From assembly GCF_000143415.4 (NCBI RefSeq), contig NW_003314267.1:3393137-3457136 (forward strand): DNA of 64,000 nt. Direction: 5' to 3'. The DNA comes from Selaginella moellendorffii. Taxonomy: Eukaryota; Plantae; Lycopodiophyta. A program made the translations under genes and the position numbers. Of this stretch, positions 38,130 to 51,255 are shown in pieces. How positions within the stretch are numbered: position 1 is the first letter of the stretch; every line of letters begins with the position of its first letter. The notes under the pieces are model-generated. The model had not been told where the DNA came from. It saw only the letters and a program-made list of their open reading frames with translations, and made no database searches.

Positions 38130-41122
38130 TTACGAATTTTTGCCGCAAGTCCAGTCGTGCTGCCCGAGAAACTGGAGCGTTTTGTTGTGGAGCAGAGTGT
38201 TCTCGAGCTCTAGAATCAACTTTACGAGAGAGAAAAGAGAAGAAGAGTCAAGAGAAATTGGAAAGTTTTAACGGGGAGACTTACAAGCTGGTTTTCTCCT
38301 TGTCTTAGCAGTGGTCCAGGAACATACAGGGAGCATTGCGGGCCAGCATCCTTAAAGATAAAGTTGTGTGTGATGGACGAGAAAAAGGCATAAAATCGAG
38401 AAGGGAATTAGAAGCTTTGTTCCTTACCGGCCAAAATCGACCAAGGTTGAAACCATTCACGAACGCCACCCCTTTGCTCCAGCCTTTGAAAGAGATGAAA
38501 GTGTCCATTTGAGCTTCACTCTCAAACGTGGCAGCATAGAAAGCAGGGCCATCACAATGTGGAGCTGCCAAAGAAAGAAAGAAAAACTTTGAGTGTATGG
38601 CAAAGTTGATTAAAACCTCTTGACTCAATGCGAATGCTTCCATGTCGTTGGAATCCAGCAAGGTCATTTGGCATCGCTTGAAACTTTTCAGCGACATCTG
38701 CGAGGCTTAAAGTGTAAGCTCTCCAGCCAAGCATTGGAACATTGTCAAGGATAACGGAAGAAAGAATCCCCTAAACACTCAAGGAAAAAAAGAGTGAACT
38801 TTACTTCTCGAAGAAAAAGAAAAAACCAGACCTTTTGGTCGAATATGAAGGGTCCATAGTTGATACGTCCCATGTTTTCCACCTACACAGACATGGAAGT
38901 TTTAAAAGTAACTCCACCGGAGACAAATTTCTAACCAAAATGTAGATTTCCAATCCTGCCGATGATCCATCAGGAAGTTGTAGCGAGGAATTGGACCATC
39001 TTTGCAGTGTTCCTACGAGTCTCAGGCTTTGAGAGCTCTTTCCAACGTAAACTTGAGCTCGATCATGAATCTGTTCATGGTACCGATGAACCCATACTTC
39101 TAAATCTCGAATCAGGAGCTTACCTTCTTTATTTCAAGGATGGATCCTGGTTTTGCATGAGACGGGAGTCTGGATCTATAAACGATGAATCCAAAACTCT
39201 AGAAACAACATAAAACTTAAGACATTGGTCCAGCACGAAACAAGCCCGAGTTACCTGGTTGAGAAGCTCCATGGCCACTGGAGCTTGTTGAAGATAGAAT
39301 TCATGACTGAGAGACTGGAGGACTTGGAAAAGATTTGCGAGCTTTTGCAGCACCACAGTCCCAGTGTTTCGTCTCGATGGAAGTTGCGGGGGATCTGGAA
39401 GTGGAAAGTTGACATAGCTCGAGAGCACTTCACGAAATCCTGCAAAGAATATAAGAAATAGCACAAACACAATAAGAGCTCAAACTCACTCCAAAACTTT
39501 TCTCCAAGATCTCCACCTTCCCCAATGGGGGCGTCCTAGAGTTTCCTGGAAACAATTCTCAAACCATGGTTTAGAAAGAGCGGGCAGCTCACATAATCAT
39601 AAGACGTGATATCCGGCTGATAGATGGTTTCTTTCCCCCCAGTATTTGCACCACTGAAAAATCCAAAGTTGGAGCCTCCGTGAGCCATCTAAACAAAGAG
39701 TTTCAATGCCAAGAACGTAAGCTAGAATGAAAAAAACTCACATAAAGCACGACAGAACCATTAGCACTCAAAAGCTTGTCCAGTTCTGCCGCTGCAACAT
39801 ACGGGCTTGTTGTTGCGAGATTTTCTCCCCAGTGAGTAAGCCAGCCCGTGTAAAACTCACTGCAAAGAAATTTCTCAGTGAAGAGTCCAAAAACAAATTG
39901 GAACTTACGTTGACAATGCAGGAGACTTTCCAGGGGAGTTGTAGTTCTTTTGTAGTGCAAATGCTGCGACAGGATCCCAGCCGGTGGGAAAATCCACAGC
40001 TGAAGAAAATTCGAAGGAACAGTAATCCAAAACCACGAGATTTTGATAGAGATACACACCAGCATAAACATCGTCTCTAGATATTGTACCCCGTTGCAGA
40101 GCGTCATCTGTAGCTCCATCAGTCGTGTATCTGAAAGTAGTAAAAGCTGCTTAGTTGAAGAGCTTCGAATCAAAAGAACCCACAGGATTATTTCGTTTCC
40201 CAAGTATTCGCGAGCATCGCTGACAAGGTGGTGGAGATACTGCTTGTCAGATCCGAAAGATCCATACTCGTTTTCAACCTGCGAGAAGAACAGCAAGGAA
40301 GTTTAGAAAATCAAAAGTGAGCAAACCTGTAGCATGATCAGTGGACCACCACGAGAGTAGAGAAATGGAACGAGTTTAGGAAGAAGAACATTCCACCATT
40401 GGTCAACCTGTAACTCCAGGATCTAGGATAGAAGAATCGAAAAAAACAGTAGAGGGAAGAACTTACGAGCTTAAGGTACGAAGAATCGGAAGTCCTGAGC
40501 TTTAACTGTGGTTTTTTGGACAGTAGCCACGAAGGAAATCCTCCAAGGTCCCATTCTGGAAGGAAAATCTTCGAAAACCTCCAAGAGGAAAAAAGCCAAA
40601 CCTCCACAAACATATGGTCCCATGCGAAGCATGACCAAAACTTCGAGCTCTTGTGCGAGCTTTAGAAAGGCCTCGAGGTTCACCGGATCGCCAAAGAAGA
40701 ACTCGCCTTCCGATGGCTCGTGAACATTCCAAGGAACGTAAGTCTGGATGGTGTTAAGACCCATTGCTTTTGCTCGCTGGATCCGGTCTTTCCAGTACTG
40801 CGAGAGCATTTTTCTTCGATGAAAAACACAAGAATTCGAAGAGATCGAGAAGAACTTTACCTCTGGAACGATCCGGAAGTAGTGGATTTCACCACCCAGA
40901 ATGCGGAAGGGCTCTCCATCCTTGTAAAACGCGTCGTTTTCTATAGAAAAACTTCTGGATTGCTGCGGTGGGGAAAAGAGAGACTCCATAGCTAAACCAT
41001 CAAAGCGAAGAATCGAAGCTTACCACTCCCTGGGAGGCGCCCAGTGTTTGCAGCGCAGCCAACGCCATAGACACAAGCAACATTCGCGTGAGCGCCATTT
41101 TCCCAGCGCTGGAGAAGCGCAT
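38130..41122 (-). CDS. GH35 beta-galactosidase (BGAL17/GLB1-like)
   Basis: Signal peptide; ILGGEIHYFR, MGLNTIQTYVPWNVHEP, QVENEYGS, SEFYTGWLTHWGE, KGVAFVNGFNLGRFWP. Confidence 0.92.
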
Positions 41123-41211
41123 GACAAAAAATAGAGGAAGAATCAGCCACACCACTTTTGTGTCATTATTTTTAATTGGTAAAATAAAAGTTAATGATTA
41201 ATATAACATGA

Positions 41212-41285
41212 GCTGGAATAGCTCAGTTGGTCAGAGCGTGTGGCTGTTAACCACAAGGTCGGAGGTTCGAGCCCTCCTTCTAGCG
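41212..41285 (+). tRNA. tRNA-Asn (anticodon GTT)
   Basis: GCTGGAA/TTCTAGC acceptor stem, TGTGG-CTGTTAA-CCACA anticodon arm, GGAGG-TTCGAGC-CCTCC T arm. Confidence 0.97.
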
Positions 41286-41475
41286 CATTGAAGTTAAACA
41301 TTTTTTATTCTGGTTATGTTTAACAACAAATAATTTAGTGAATTGAGATTAACAACTTTTCTTTTAGTCTTGCAGTTACACAAAAATTTCAGCAGTATCG
41401 CGTATAAGCCAAGTAACACTTGTAACAGACTAAGAAATTTTCCACCAAAGGCTGGAAGTTTGGAAGCACAAAACC

Positions 41476-43512
41476 ATGGCTGCTGCTGCTTCATCTTCCA
41501 GCCAAAGTAGTGGGATCTTCATCGTTTGCCTGTCGCTCAGCCTGCTTCTCATCGTTGGAGTGATCCAACTCGACAACGCGAATCAAAATGGTGAGCCGTC
41601 TGCAAAGCTCTCGCAGTTTCTCCTTCGTGGCAACTTGCCTTGCCAATCCGTGCAAGTATCATCCGTGTCCAAAACTTCGTCTCGCAACACCGAGCTCCCT
41701 GCGCACGACGAGACGAGCGAGAAGATTGAGTTGCTAATGGAGATCTGGAATTCTTCACCATACCTCAAGGAGGACGCCAAAGTTTCGGAGGAAGAGCTTT
41801 CTAGCATCACTCGGCCTCCTCACCTGGAGAATTGTAAAGCTCGTTACATGGAGTATACCAGGATGGACAGCCGGAGTGACGATGGAGAGCGTCCACACTG
41901 GAGTTTGTGGAAAGGCCTCTTGGGAGCTGAGCTCGGAAAGCACGTCCCCTACGAGGACGATGGAGAGGAGCTCCTCCTCAACAAAACAGCTCTGCTGCAA
42001 GGTCCATTTCCTCCCTGGGTGAGAATCCAGAGATCTAGAGTTAGAGGCTGGTTTTATAACTTAGATCCGGTTTGCAAACTGTCCAGATCGATGGAGGAGA
42101 GGAAGATAACTTACCATACACAAGACGCGTCCAGCGAGATCTGTGGTTGCATCAGCACCCGAAGAACTGCAGAGATTCATCTCTTAAGTTCTTGTACGTA
42201 GACTTCGCAAACATATCGACATGGGGTACCGGAGCACAGCTGAACGCCATCTCGGGAATGGTCGCAGTTGCTATGAACGAAAATAGAGTTCTGGTCCTGG
42301 AGTATTTCAACCGAGCCGATCACGAGGGCTGCAAAGGTACGCAAAAGCTTAGGAGAAAGAAAAAAAACAGTTAAACTTACCTTGGCACTTAGGATCTGGA
42401 CACTCTCGTTGGACATGCTATTTCATTCCCGAGACATCAAAGGAATGTCGTGAGCGAGCGCTGGAGCTCGCTGCTTCGCAGGAAGCGAGAAAGAATAAAA
42501 CTATCACCGACATGAGCAACTACTGGGGAGGGATAACATGGTTCGCACCCATTCCAGTGTAAGACCACAGAGAATCCATAATGCAACAGTGTGAAATCTT
42601 CTATCTTCCACACAGGATCTGGGGAAAGCCATGGGAGCATCTGCAAGCAACGAGCCAAGTGAATGGTGAGCTCACAGTTCATCACAACCAAATGCACATA
42701 TGGTGGTGGCGTGCACAGGTAGTTGTGCTTTAAAACGAAAGTGAATATGAAGTGCTTGATATCAGGCCATCAGATATCTTACTCGATATCCAAGCGAGTA
42801 CCTGTGCGTACTTCTCAACCGTGCTCGTCACGAAGCGTTTGGCCGTGCGGCTGCTGCGTTGGTCGTCGACACACTTCCCAAAGAGTGGCCAAAGGTCTGG
42901 AAACAATCAGAATAAGCTTGGTTTCAAGGAAATATAAGCATAGCTTTGATGCCTTACAGGTTGAAAGTTCGAGAAGAAATATCACCGCCATGGAGAAGCT
43001 TGTGTGGAGCAACCATATCCACAGGCCATGGGTTCCGAGGCCCCTGGTAAGTGTTCACGTTAGACAAGGCGACAAGGGCCGAGAAATGAAAATCTTCAGC
43101 TTCAAATCTTATATGGAGCTTGCTCATAACTTACGTGGTCGCTTTCCTAATGCCAAGCACATATGGCTTTCGACGGAGATGCAGGTACGAGAAAAAACTC
43201 CAGCTTGATCAATTCCAAATGAATCTCCCGCAGAACGTCGTAGACGAAAGTAAGAACTACACAAAGTGGAACTTCTACTACACGAACATTAGAAGACAAA
43301 CCGGAAGCACGACGATGAAAGACTACGAAACCGGCCTGGGAAGATGGAACAGTAGCACCAATGCTTTTGTGAACCTGATGATGGCAGTGGATTGCGATTA
43401 CTTCATAGGAGCGCTTGGATCCTCCTGGGGTTCCATCATCGACGGACTGCGAAGCACAGGTGGTAAAGCTCTTGCGGGGATAGTAAGCGTCAATCCTGGC
43501 CAGTTCTGGTAA
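41476..43512 (+). CDS. FUT8/GT23-like putative fucosyltransferase, paralog 3
   Basis: Type II TM anchor; PHLENC, QHPKNC, VHVRQGDK, DCDYFIGALGSSW. Confidence 0.88.
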
Positions 43513-43597
43513 GATCAGTACGAGCGAAAAAAAAAGCTCAAGAAAGAACAGACTGTTAAAACGGAAGGGCTTCATTGTCAAAATCAAGCACTACACC

Positions 43598-44326
43598 TCA
43601 GAGTTCATTTTTTTCATCACCCTTGCCATTAACTGACACGAGTTCGGTCTCAAAAATCAGTGTCGCACCACCTGAACATATGCAGAAGTTTTACATCAGA
43701 ACAAAGAAAAAAAGAGAGTGGAAACCAAGGAGTTTTACCTGGAATCTTTGGTGGTTGTCCTTGATCCCCATAACCGAGCTTGGAGGGGATCTTAAGCTTT
43801 CTCTTCTCGCCGACGCACATTCCTAGAAGCCCTTGATCCCAGCCTTGACATCAAAGTAATATAAGTTCCAAGCTTTAGAACAAAACTAAGAACTCACCTT
43901 GAATCACTTGTCCCTGGCCTAAGGTAAAACCAATGGGATCGCCCCTGGTGTAGCTCGAATCGAAAACGGTCCCATCCGTGAGAGATCCCTGAAAACAACT
44001 CGTCCAGTGCGATAGAAAAATTGGACACATTTCCTACCTTGTAATGGACCTTCACTTCATCGCCTTTGTGAGCTCGAATTTCGCAAGTCGAAGGTTTGAA
44101 CTGGCAGGAAATCTCTCATCAGTCCACAAGAAGAAAAAACGAAAAAAAAAGGAAGACCCGATCACATACCTTCACTCCGATCTGGAGCTCCTTCACATCA
44201 CTGACTTTAGCGATCGCTGCTGGAAAGGGAGCCGAGAAGATCCAAGAGTGCTGGAACGAAAGAAACTTTACCTTGAGAAGCCAGCAGCGCTAGCGCCAAC
44301 GCGAGAAATAAACTCGTAGACGCCAT
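43598..44326 (-). CDS. FKBP15: ER FKBP-type peptidyl-prolyl isomerase (FKBP15-like)
   Basis: Spliced by hand: signal peptide, [56 protein letters not shown]-terminal KNEL. Confidence 0.93.
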
Positions 44327-44439
44327 AGCCAACCCTAAGCGCGAGCTCTGGTTTTAGAGCTGGAATAACTTTGTTTGATTAACGCAAAGATAAACAATTA
44401 TAATGAAGTGTGTGGCCTGTGCGAAGCTTCCATGGCTTC

Positions 44440-45473
44440 CTACTGGCGAAGGGTCTCCACGACGTAGGCCGCGTACAAATCCCTGGAAAACACGAGCATA
44501 GCTTTCAAAAGAAACAAGAGAAAAGAGAAATGCCTACATTGAGTTGCGCACAGCTTCTATGGCTTTCTCTGCGGGAAGGAAGTCTTCCACCTCTACTTGC
44601 TTATTCTCGTTCTTCTTGTCTGTCACTCGATCGTGAAATAGAACGGTAGAGAATCGAAAGAACCAAAGACGATGCAAAGGATACAATCCTCGAAGAACCT
44701 GCGAATCTCCGCTAGCCTGTGAGGCGGGAGCTGCTTGATGTCCGTGCAATGCTTGTACTCTGGATCATCAGCGCACACTGCTATGATCTTATCGTCCTTC
44801 TCCCCCTGATCAGATAGATGACACTCTTAGAAAAACGCTGAAAAGGATGTAAACATTTTGCTACCTGATCGATCATCGGCATGAGCCCGATGGCTTTGGC
44901 TCGGAGAAACGCTCCTGGAAGAACAGGCTCCTGTTCATGAAAAGTTCACTTGGCCGAGAGCGTTTACTAAGACAAAACCAGGGAAAAAAGAAAAAAAGAG
45001 ATGGAAGCTCACTTGCATGATCACAAGAACGTCAAGCGGGTCATTGTCTTCACACAGCGTGCGTGGAACAAATCCATAGTTGTGTGGATAAACCACCGAG
45101 GAATAAAGGACTCGATCAACCTGGAAGAACGACCAAAGCATAACTGGAAAGTAGCGAAAGAAAAGATCAAACTATTCACACCTTGATCAATCCACTTTGC
45201 TTGTCGAGCTCATACTTGACTTTGCTGCCTTTGGCGATTTCCACGACCTGGAAAACCGATTCAAGCAATGCTACCAAACAAGAGGATGAAGCTCACGCAG
45301 TTAAAAACCGAGGGAGCTCCAGAACCTTGGGGTTTTGGGGCAAAATCCACGAAACAAGACGGTCGATCGCGTGAGAAGATCGCAAGAACAGCCTGAGAAT
45401 CAAGAGAACACGAGACGAGCGTACCGATTTCGAGGTCGTGCCAGGGATGCGCCGCGACGAATCGGTCCGCCAT
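44440..45473 (-). CDS. PPa: Soluble inorganic pyrophosphatase
   Basis: [53 protein letters not shown]. Confidence 0.95.
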
Positions 45474-45628
45474 CGCCAGCCAAAATATTTTGCTTGGCTT
45501 TGCGTCGACCTAAACGTATGGCGTGGATAAAAAAACAAATGTACTTTCTCAAACGAAAACGATTTTTTACAACGAATTTATTCTCCTCCCAAAGAATGGT
45601 GTTCTGGCTTTCTTTTTTTCTTTCACTT

Positions 45629-47277
45629 TTACCGGCAGCTTCTCGAGCAGTAAACATTATCACTCGTGGGAGAAGTGACTGAGGGCCATTCTCTCGATCG
45701 CGTTCTATCTTCACAAACCACCGTCAAGTAGCCTTTGTCAAAGTTATACTGCATCAATCGAAAATGTGTGAAAGTCAAAAGGAATCATACAAGAGAAACG
45801 ACGAGCGCGGACGACGACGATTTCTAAGAGACGCGGAGAAAATAGAAAAACAAAAGGAGAGCGAAGAACATACCTCGCATTCAAACGTTTTGCTGCCATT
45901 ACAATTCCAATGCGACGTAGGAACGCAGCTCAAGTAGTGACACCAGCTACATTTCTTGTTCACGTCAACTTCTTTGTACAAGAGAGCAATCGCGGTCGAG
46001 TACCTGGAGAAGATTGACAAGCACAGTTGAAGGATCACTCAAAAGAGCAAAAGATGGTAAGAGGAAACTCACCCGGCAACTAAGAGGAGCACGGCAACGA
46101 TGAGAAGGACGATCTGATAGATCTTGTGTCTCGACTTGACAGGAGCACCGCCCGGCATCCCAGCGTGTCCTTGATGCCGGACCCATCCAAGTTGTGGTCT
46201 CATGAGCAGCACGAAGCCGAGCAGAAACCCGGAGACAAATCCTCCGATGTGTGCGAAGTTGTCGACGTGAGGCAAGATGCCCACCGCCAAGTTGATGCCG
46301 ATGATGATGACCAATGTGATCAACGCGGCAATCTGCAAGCCAAAGCAACGAAAAAAAAAAAAGAATAGAAGCTTGTGTTAGTCGCAATACGTGCTTGGCA
46401 AGGGATCACCACCAAAGAGAGAAAACTTTGAAGCAAGCTATAAGAAGGTACCTTGTTGGAATAGATGGACCAGTTGGTGATGAGCTCCGAGACCATTGCT
46501 CCCAAAAGACCGAAGAGGGCTCCCGACGCTCCGACCGAGATACGGTCCTGGATGAACAACGCGGATAGGAGGCTGCCACCAAAACCAGATAGGAGATACA
46601 AAAGCCCGATCTTCACTGCAGAGAAAACAAGTTTGAGGCAAAGAGAAGAACTTTAGAAAGATTTTCGTCAACTTACCAAAGCCGAATTCCCTCTCCAGGC
46701 GAATGCCGATTAAGAGAAGGCATATCATGTTCGCGAGCAAGTGAAGCACACCGGCGTGTAACCACATGCAAGAGATTAGCCGCCACCCTTGATGTTTTTT
46801 CACCACCAGTGTCGAGTTCAATGCCCCCATTTTCTTCAATCTATAGAAGCAGCGATCGATCAGTGAAGAACACACACACCCACACACAAAGGAAGAATCA
46901 TCCAAGCGAAGAAAAAAAAATCAAACGAACCAGGAAGGAAAGACAAAAAAAAAAGGAGAGAGAGAGAGAAGAACTTACGTTTCGGAGGATGGACCAAGAA
47001 GAGGATTGTCCCTGAGCGATTCGAAAGAGAGCCTCTTGAGGAAGGTGAGCCTGCAATTGAACGAGTTCTTGGGGCAATTGTTGACATACATGGTGACAAT
47101 GAAGACGATGACATTGGCGACGACGAAAAGGGGGATGAGCCACGAAATCCTGGACGCGCGAGGCGGCATCTCCTCATACGAGCTGGAAGCCGGGACGGGA
47201 TACACTGAGCGCCCCCGGTGGCTCGAGAATGACCCCTTTCTTTCGATGTCGAGAGGATGAGCCGCCTCCCTTTCCAT
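45629..47277 (-). CDS. Rhomboid-like intramembrane serine protease (RBL)
   Basis: [12 protein letters not shown], catalytic GASG, AHIGG, Cys-rich C-terminus [11 protein letters not shown]. Confidence 0.93.
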
Positions 47278-47552
47278 CACTGCCGCTCCAAATCGATCGC
47301 CCGGCCCCGAATTAGATCACACTACCGAGCTGAAAATCACCTAGCGCGCGCGGTCAATCGCTCGCAGATCCCACCAATTCCAAAAACCTAGCTCGGAATG
47401 CCGCCATAGCTGCGAGGAACAAGTCTCCCATATCGGGACGGGAGTATTAGAGCTTGTGCTGAGTCAGCAAACAACACGGTGTGACGCATCATCCACGCGT
47501 CGTGCCACGTCGGCTCCTAACTAGAGGAAGAAAAATTTGATCGTTTGATTGA

Positions 47553-47801
47553 TCAAGAGGGTGGAGCTCGCGCTCGCGCCCGCGGCGGGGATGGCGATGG
47601 CGCTCCTCCTGCCCTAGCGCCTCCAGCCTCGCATGCGCAACGGAACGCTTCGATTTCTTCACGGCATTTGCTGCGATCGCCACGATTCTCCTTGAGGCAG
47701 CGCTGGAGGGCGTCCGTGTCGCAGATTACCTTGTTTCTTGGCGCCGCCGATGCTGCTGGCGCTCGCGCTGACACTGCCGCTGCGCCATCTCGATCCGCCA
47801 T
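47553..47801 (-). CDS. Small CHCH-like (twin-Cys helix) protein, 82 aa
   Basis: CDTDALQRCLKENRGDRSKCREEIEAFRCAC; GC-rich single exon. Confidence 0.7.
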   Translation of the reverse strand: MADRDGAAAVSARAPAASAAPRNKVICDTDALQRCLKENRGDRSKCREEIEAFRCACEAGGARAGGAPSPSPPRARARAPPS

Positions 47802-47900
47802 AGCTGATTCTAGGTCTTCTTGCAAGAACCGGTAGAATATGTGGAAATTCGCTTTTCTTGACTTGGCTGATCGATTTGCTACCTGCATTCTTGCGCAGGA

Positions 47901-50401
47901 ATGGAAGAGCTTCTGGCGAAAATCCGTGAAGCAGAGGCTTTGGCACTGCGGCTGAAAGAGAGCGAGCTCAAGAAGAAGATCAAGAAGCCACCTCCTCCAA
48001 CTACAAAGGAAAAGGTATGGTGTTTCCCTTTTGTGGAGATTTTGCATGCAATGTGAGAGTGTAGGAGGAGTTTCCGGAGCACGGAGACTGGCTTGACGCT
48101 TTCCGGAGAAACCTTGGAGCTTTGGATCGCCGCTTGGTTGTTCTGAGCCTCTTTGATGGAATCGGCGGCACTTGGGCTGCTTTGGATCGTCTCGAAGTTC
48201 GGTACAAGGGATATAGCTCTGAGATTGTAGGCGCTGCTTTCTTCCTTCGCGTGCTTATGTTCTAACGCTGGGCTCTCTTTGCATTTCCAGAATCCTTACG
48301 CTGCGCGCGTTCTCAAAGCCAAGTTTCCAAACGTTACACACCTGGGAGATGTAAAGGACATTCGACGAGGAGACATTGAGGAAGAGATTGATCTCGTTGT
48401 TGGTGGTTTCCCTTGTCAAGACTTGACCTCTATGGGCAAAAGGGATGGGTAAGTTCGAAAGCATTGTTTGCATTTTCACTGCGACTCGCTGCTAACATGA
48501 GAGCGCAGGCTGCATGGCTTTCGCAGCCGTCTATTTTTCGATATGCTCCGTATACTGCATCTCTTTCGGCCCCGATGGTGTGAGCCTTTCCTCTTACCAC
48601 CTTTTTAAGCAGTGTTCCTTTTCAGGTTCTTGGTGGAGAATGTGGCCTCCATGACATGGATAGACCGAGAAGAAATATCCAAGTATCTCAACTGTCTTCC
48701 TATTGAGATCGACTCCCAGGATCTAACAGCCAGCAAGCGCAAGCGTCTGTATTGGACAAACATCCCGCATCCAGAGAAGCTGCCTGACGTGAGAAATCAC
48801 GCATCCAACCTTTTGCAACATGCTCTTGACGACGCGACGGCTCTGGAAGAAAAGATCGGGGTATCTTTCTACTTTTGTCTTCTCGTTGCGTGCTAACTTT
48901 CAGCACTTGCCCAGTGTGTCATGACGTGTAACTATTACGTGGGAGGATTTGGACAACTACAACGTGTCTTTGACCGCAAAGATAAGGTGCTGAGATATGT
49001 CACCGTAACAGAACTAGAGAAGGTAATGGGGTTCCCTGCTGGACACACTGACATCGATTTTGGTAATCTGGACGACTTCGTGTAAGTTTCTTTTGTTTTA
49101 TCTTATTTTAGACTGATGACAAAAGATATGAATTCGTAGGCCGTTCGCACCCGAGCAAACTCCTAAAAGGAAATGCAAGCTTGATGACAAGGCTAAAACC
49201 ATTCGGTGGAATCTAATTGGCAATAGTTTTTCTGTTAAGTGTCCTTGCAGGATTTGTGGCATTTCTAATCTGTTCTTCTCACTGTAGGTTACAGTAATTT
49301 CTTACATGCTCAGTCCACTCATGCTACCTTCGACTTGGGAAGCCCATGTAATCTACAACTTCTCTCCAAAATTCAGAGAGAGCGAGTGCGCCGTACTCGA
49401 GACGGGGGAGGTACGACAAGCGGGAAATGCCGTCTTTAGTTCTCATAATGTCTACGTTTGGCAGCTTTGGGCACTTTATAACACCAGGTCACAACCAAGC
49501 TGGTACGCAGTTATTCTATCCAGGAGTGGAGATCGCTTCGACACATTGCAGTCCAAGAAAAAGAAGAAAGGGCTGCAAATTCACGTGTAAGTGTTTAAAG
49601 CTCTGTTTGGCGTTACGCAACGATCTTTCCTGGTTTTCTATAGATGCTTCCTGGAGCTGGACACTGGCTTTCTTGCTGCAAACGACGACCAATGGAGCCC
49701 CCTCCGCGGAACCGGACAATACAACAGGATTGACAAAGCTGATCTTCAGACATCCTGGGTCACATTTTCTCACAGGTCAATAACTCCTACTGCTGGTTTT
49801 AGAAGCCTGCGACAAGTTTGTTTTTCCTTTAGAATGACCACCTTCAAGAAGCTCGGAGATAGCTACTTCATCTACCCTGGAGAGAATGAAGTCTGGGCAG
49901 TTTTTGATCGCGATTCAAGCCGGCCTACGCTGTACTATGTGGTACGCTTTTTTTTTTACTTTCACGTTATTCATTGCTCATAGAGTTGATTTGAGCAGCT
50001 TGTTTTAACCACGGAGATTGACTGGAACTTGGTAACGAGGACCCCATCGGGGGTAGAAGGATTTGCGTCTCGCTGTAGACTTTTGCAGCAGACAAGTGCC
50101 TCAGACATTTTCAGGTTGCTATGTTCTTCTTTCTCTGTTTTCTTTTCACTCAAACGTGAGCTTCTCCCGCAGACTCACTGACACGGAAGTGGCATTCAAG
50201 GATCTGGCACAGTTTTGTTTCAAGGTGCCATACTACTTCAAAGGCGAGGGGAGCGTCTTTAAGCTGGAGCTGAGCAAAACCGGCAAGTATCTCAATCACA
50301 AGGTTGGGAGAAAGAGGAGGAGGAAGAAAGGGGGCAGCGACGGCGAGGAAGAAGATGAGAGCGAGTCGGACGAGATGGAAGAGCAAGAACAAGGCTCGTA
50401 A
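47901..50401 (+). CDS. DNMT3: DNMT3-type C5 DNA methyltransferase with C-terminal DUF3444
   Basis: Motifs in non-permuted order: I LSLFDGIGG, IV GGFPCQD, VI ENV, VIII RKRLYW, IX ELEKVMGFP, X LIGNSFS. Then DUF3444-like LWALYN..WYAVI, FSH, IYPGENEVWAVF, an NLS and an acidic tail. Confidence 0.88.
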
Positions 50402-50480
50402 TCACAAGGAAGTCGTACGGAAAGAAAATATCTTTGTACGCTAAAACCCCCCTAAACCCTACACTCCAAAATCCTTGGCT

Positions 50481-50915
50481 ATGGCGTCTATCGCGTCGAG
50501 GTTCACGCCGCTGCTGGATCGAGTGCTCGTCGAGAAGCTCGTGCCGCCTGCCAAATCCGTGGGCGGCGTTCTTCTCCCGGAGACGCAGAAGCACGTAAGT
50601 AGTTGATCGATCGATCGTTGGCGCGTTTCTAGGGTTTGAGCGTTGCTTTGGCAGATCAATGGCGGGACTGTGGTCGCGGTAGGCCAGGGCGTGTACAACT
50701 CCGACGGCGAGATCGTGCCAAATCTCTGCAAAGTGGGCGACAAGGTTTTGCTCCCGGATTGGGGCGGTGTGGAGATCAAGCTCGAGGACAAATCGTAAGA
50801 GTTTGCTTTTGTGTTTTCTCTTGCTCTCCTTCGCTCATCTCGTTTTGTCGATCGATCCAGGTACGAGGTCTTCCGCGACAAGAGCATCCTCGCGATTATG
50901 AGCGACTTTGAGTAG
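50481..50915 (+). CDS. CPN10: 10 kDa chaperonin (mitochondrial-type, 3 exons)
   Basis: FTPLLDRVLVEK, GGVLLPE, GTVVAVGQG, KVGDKVLLPDWGG, FRDKSILA. Telo-box at 50454. Confidence 0.93.
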
Positions 50916-51029
50916 GATAGAAGACGATTTTGGTGGTACCACTCAAAGGTTTTGTTTCATCATTTTTTTTCTCTTCTCGCATCGATCTAGCATCCTCTCA
51001 CTCTTCTAGATCATGGTAGCAACTAGGAT

Positions 51030-51205
51030 AATTCTCTTCCTCTACTATGGCTAGAAGAGGTGAGAGAGGTTGCATAGATGTCAGACAATACAGTGTAAGG
51101 AGATCCATTCCCAGCCACTGTAGCTCCTCGATCGGCATCGTAGTGGACGCATTGAGCAGCGCCCCCCACGCCACTGGATCCGGCACGAAAGGCATGGAAT
51201 GCGAG
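51030..51205 (-). pseudogene. Inverted relic of a PPR E-domain, close to 55008-55180
   Basis: SMPFVPDPVAWGALLNA followed by a frameshift; nucleotide match to the 3' end of the PPR gene. Confidence 0.8.
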
Positions 51206-51255
51206 GAAGGGCTATTGACGCCATAGAATATCATGCTACTTTTTACTGATGCTTA

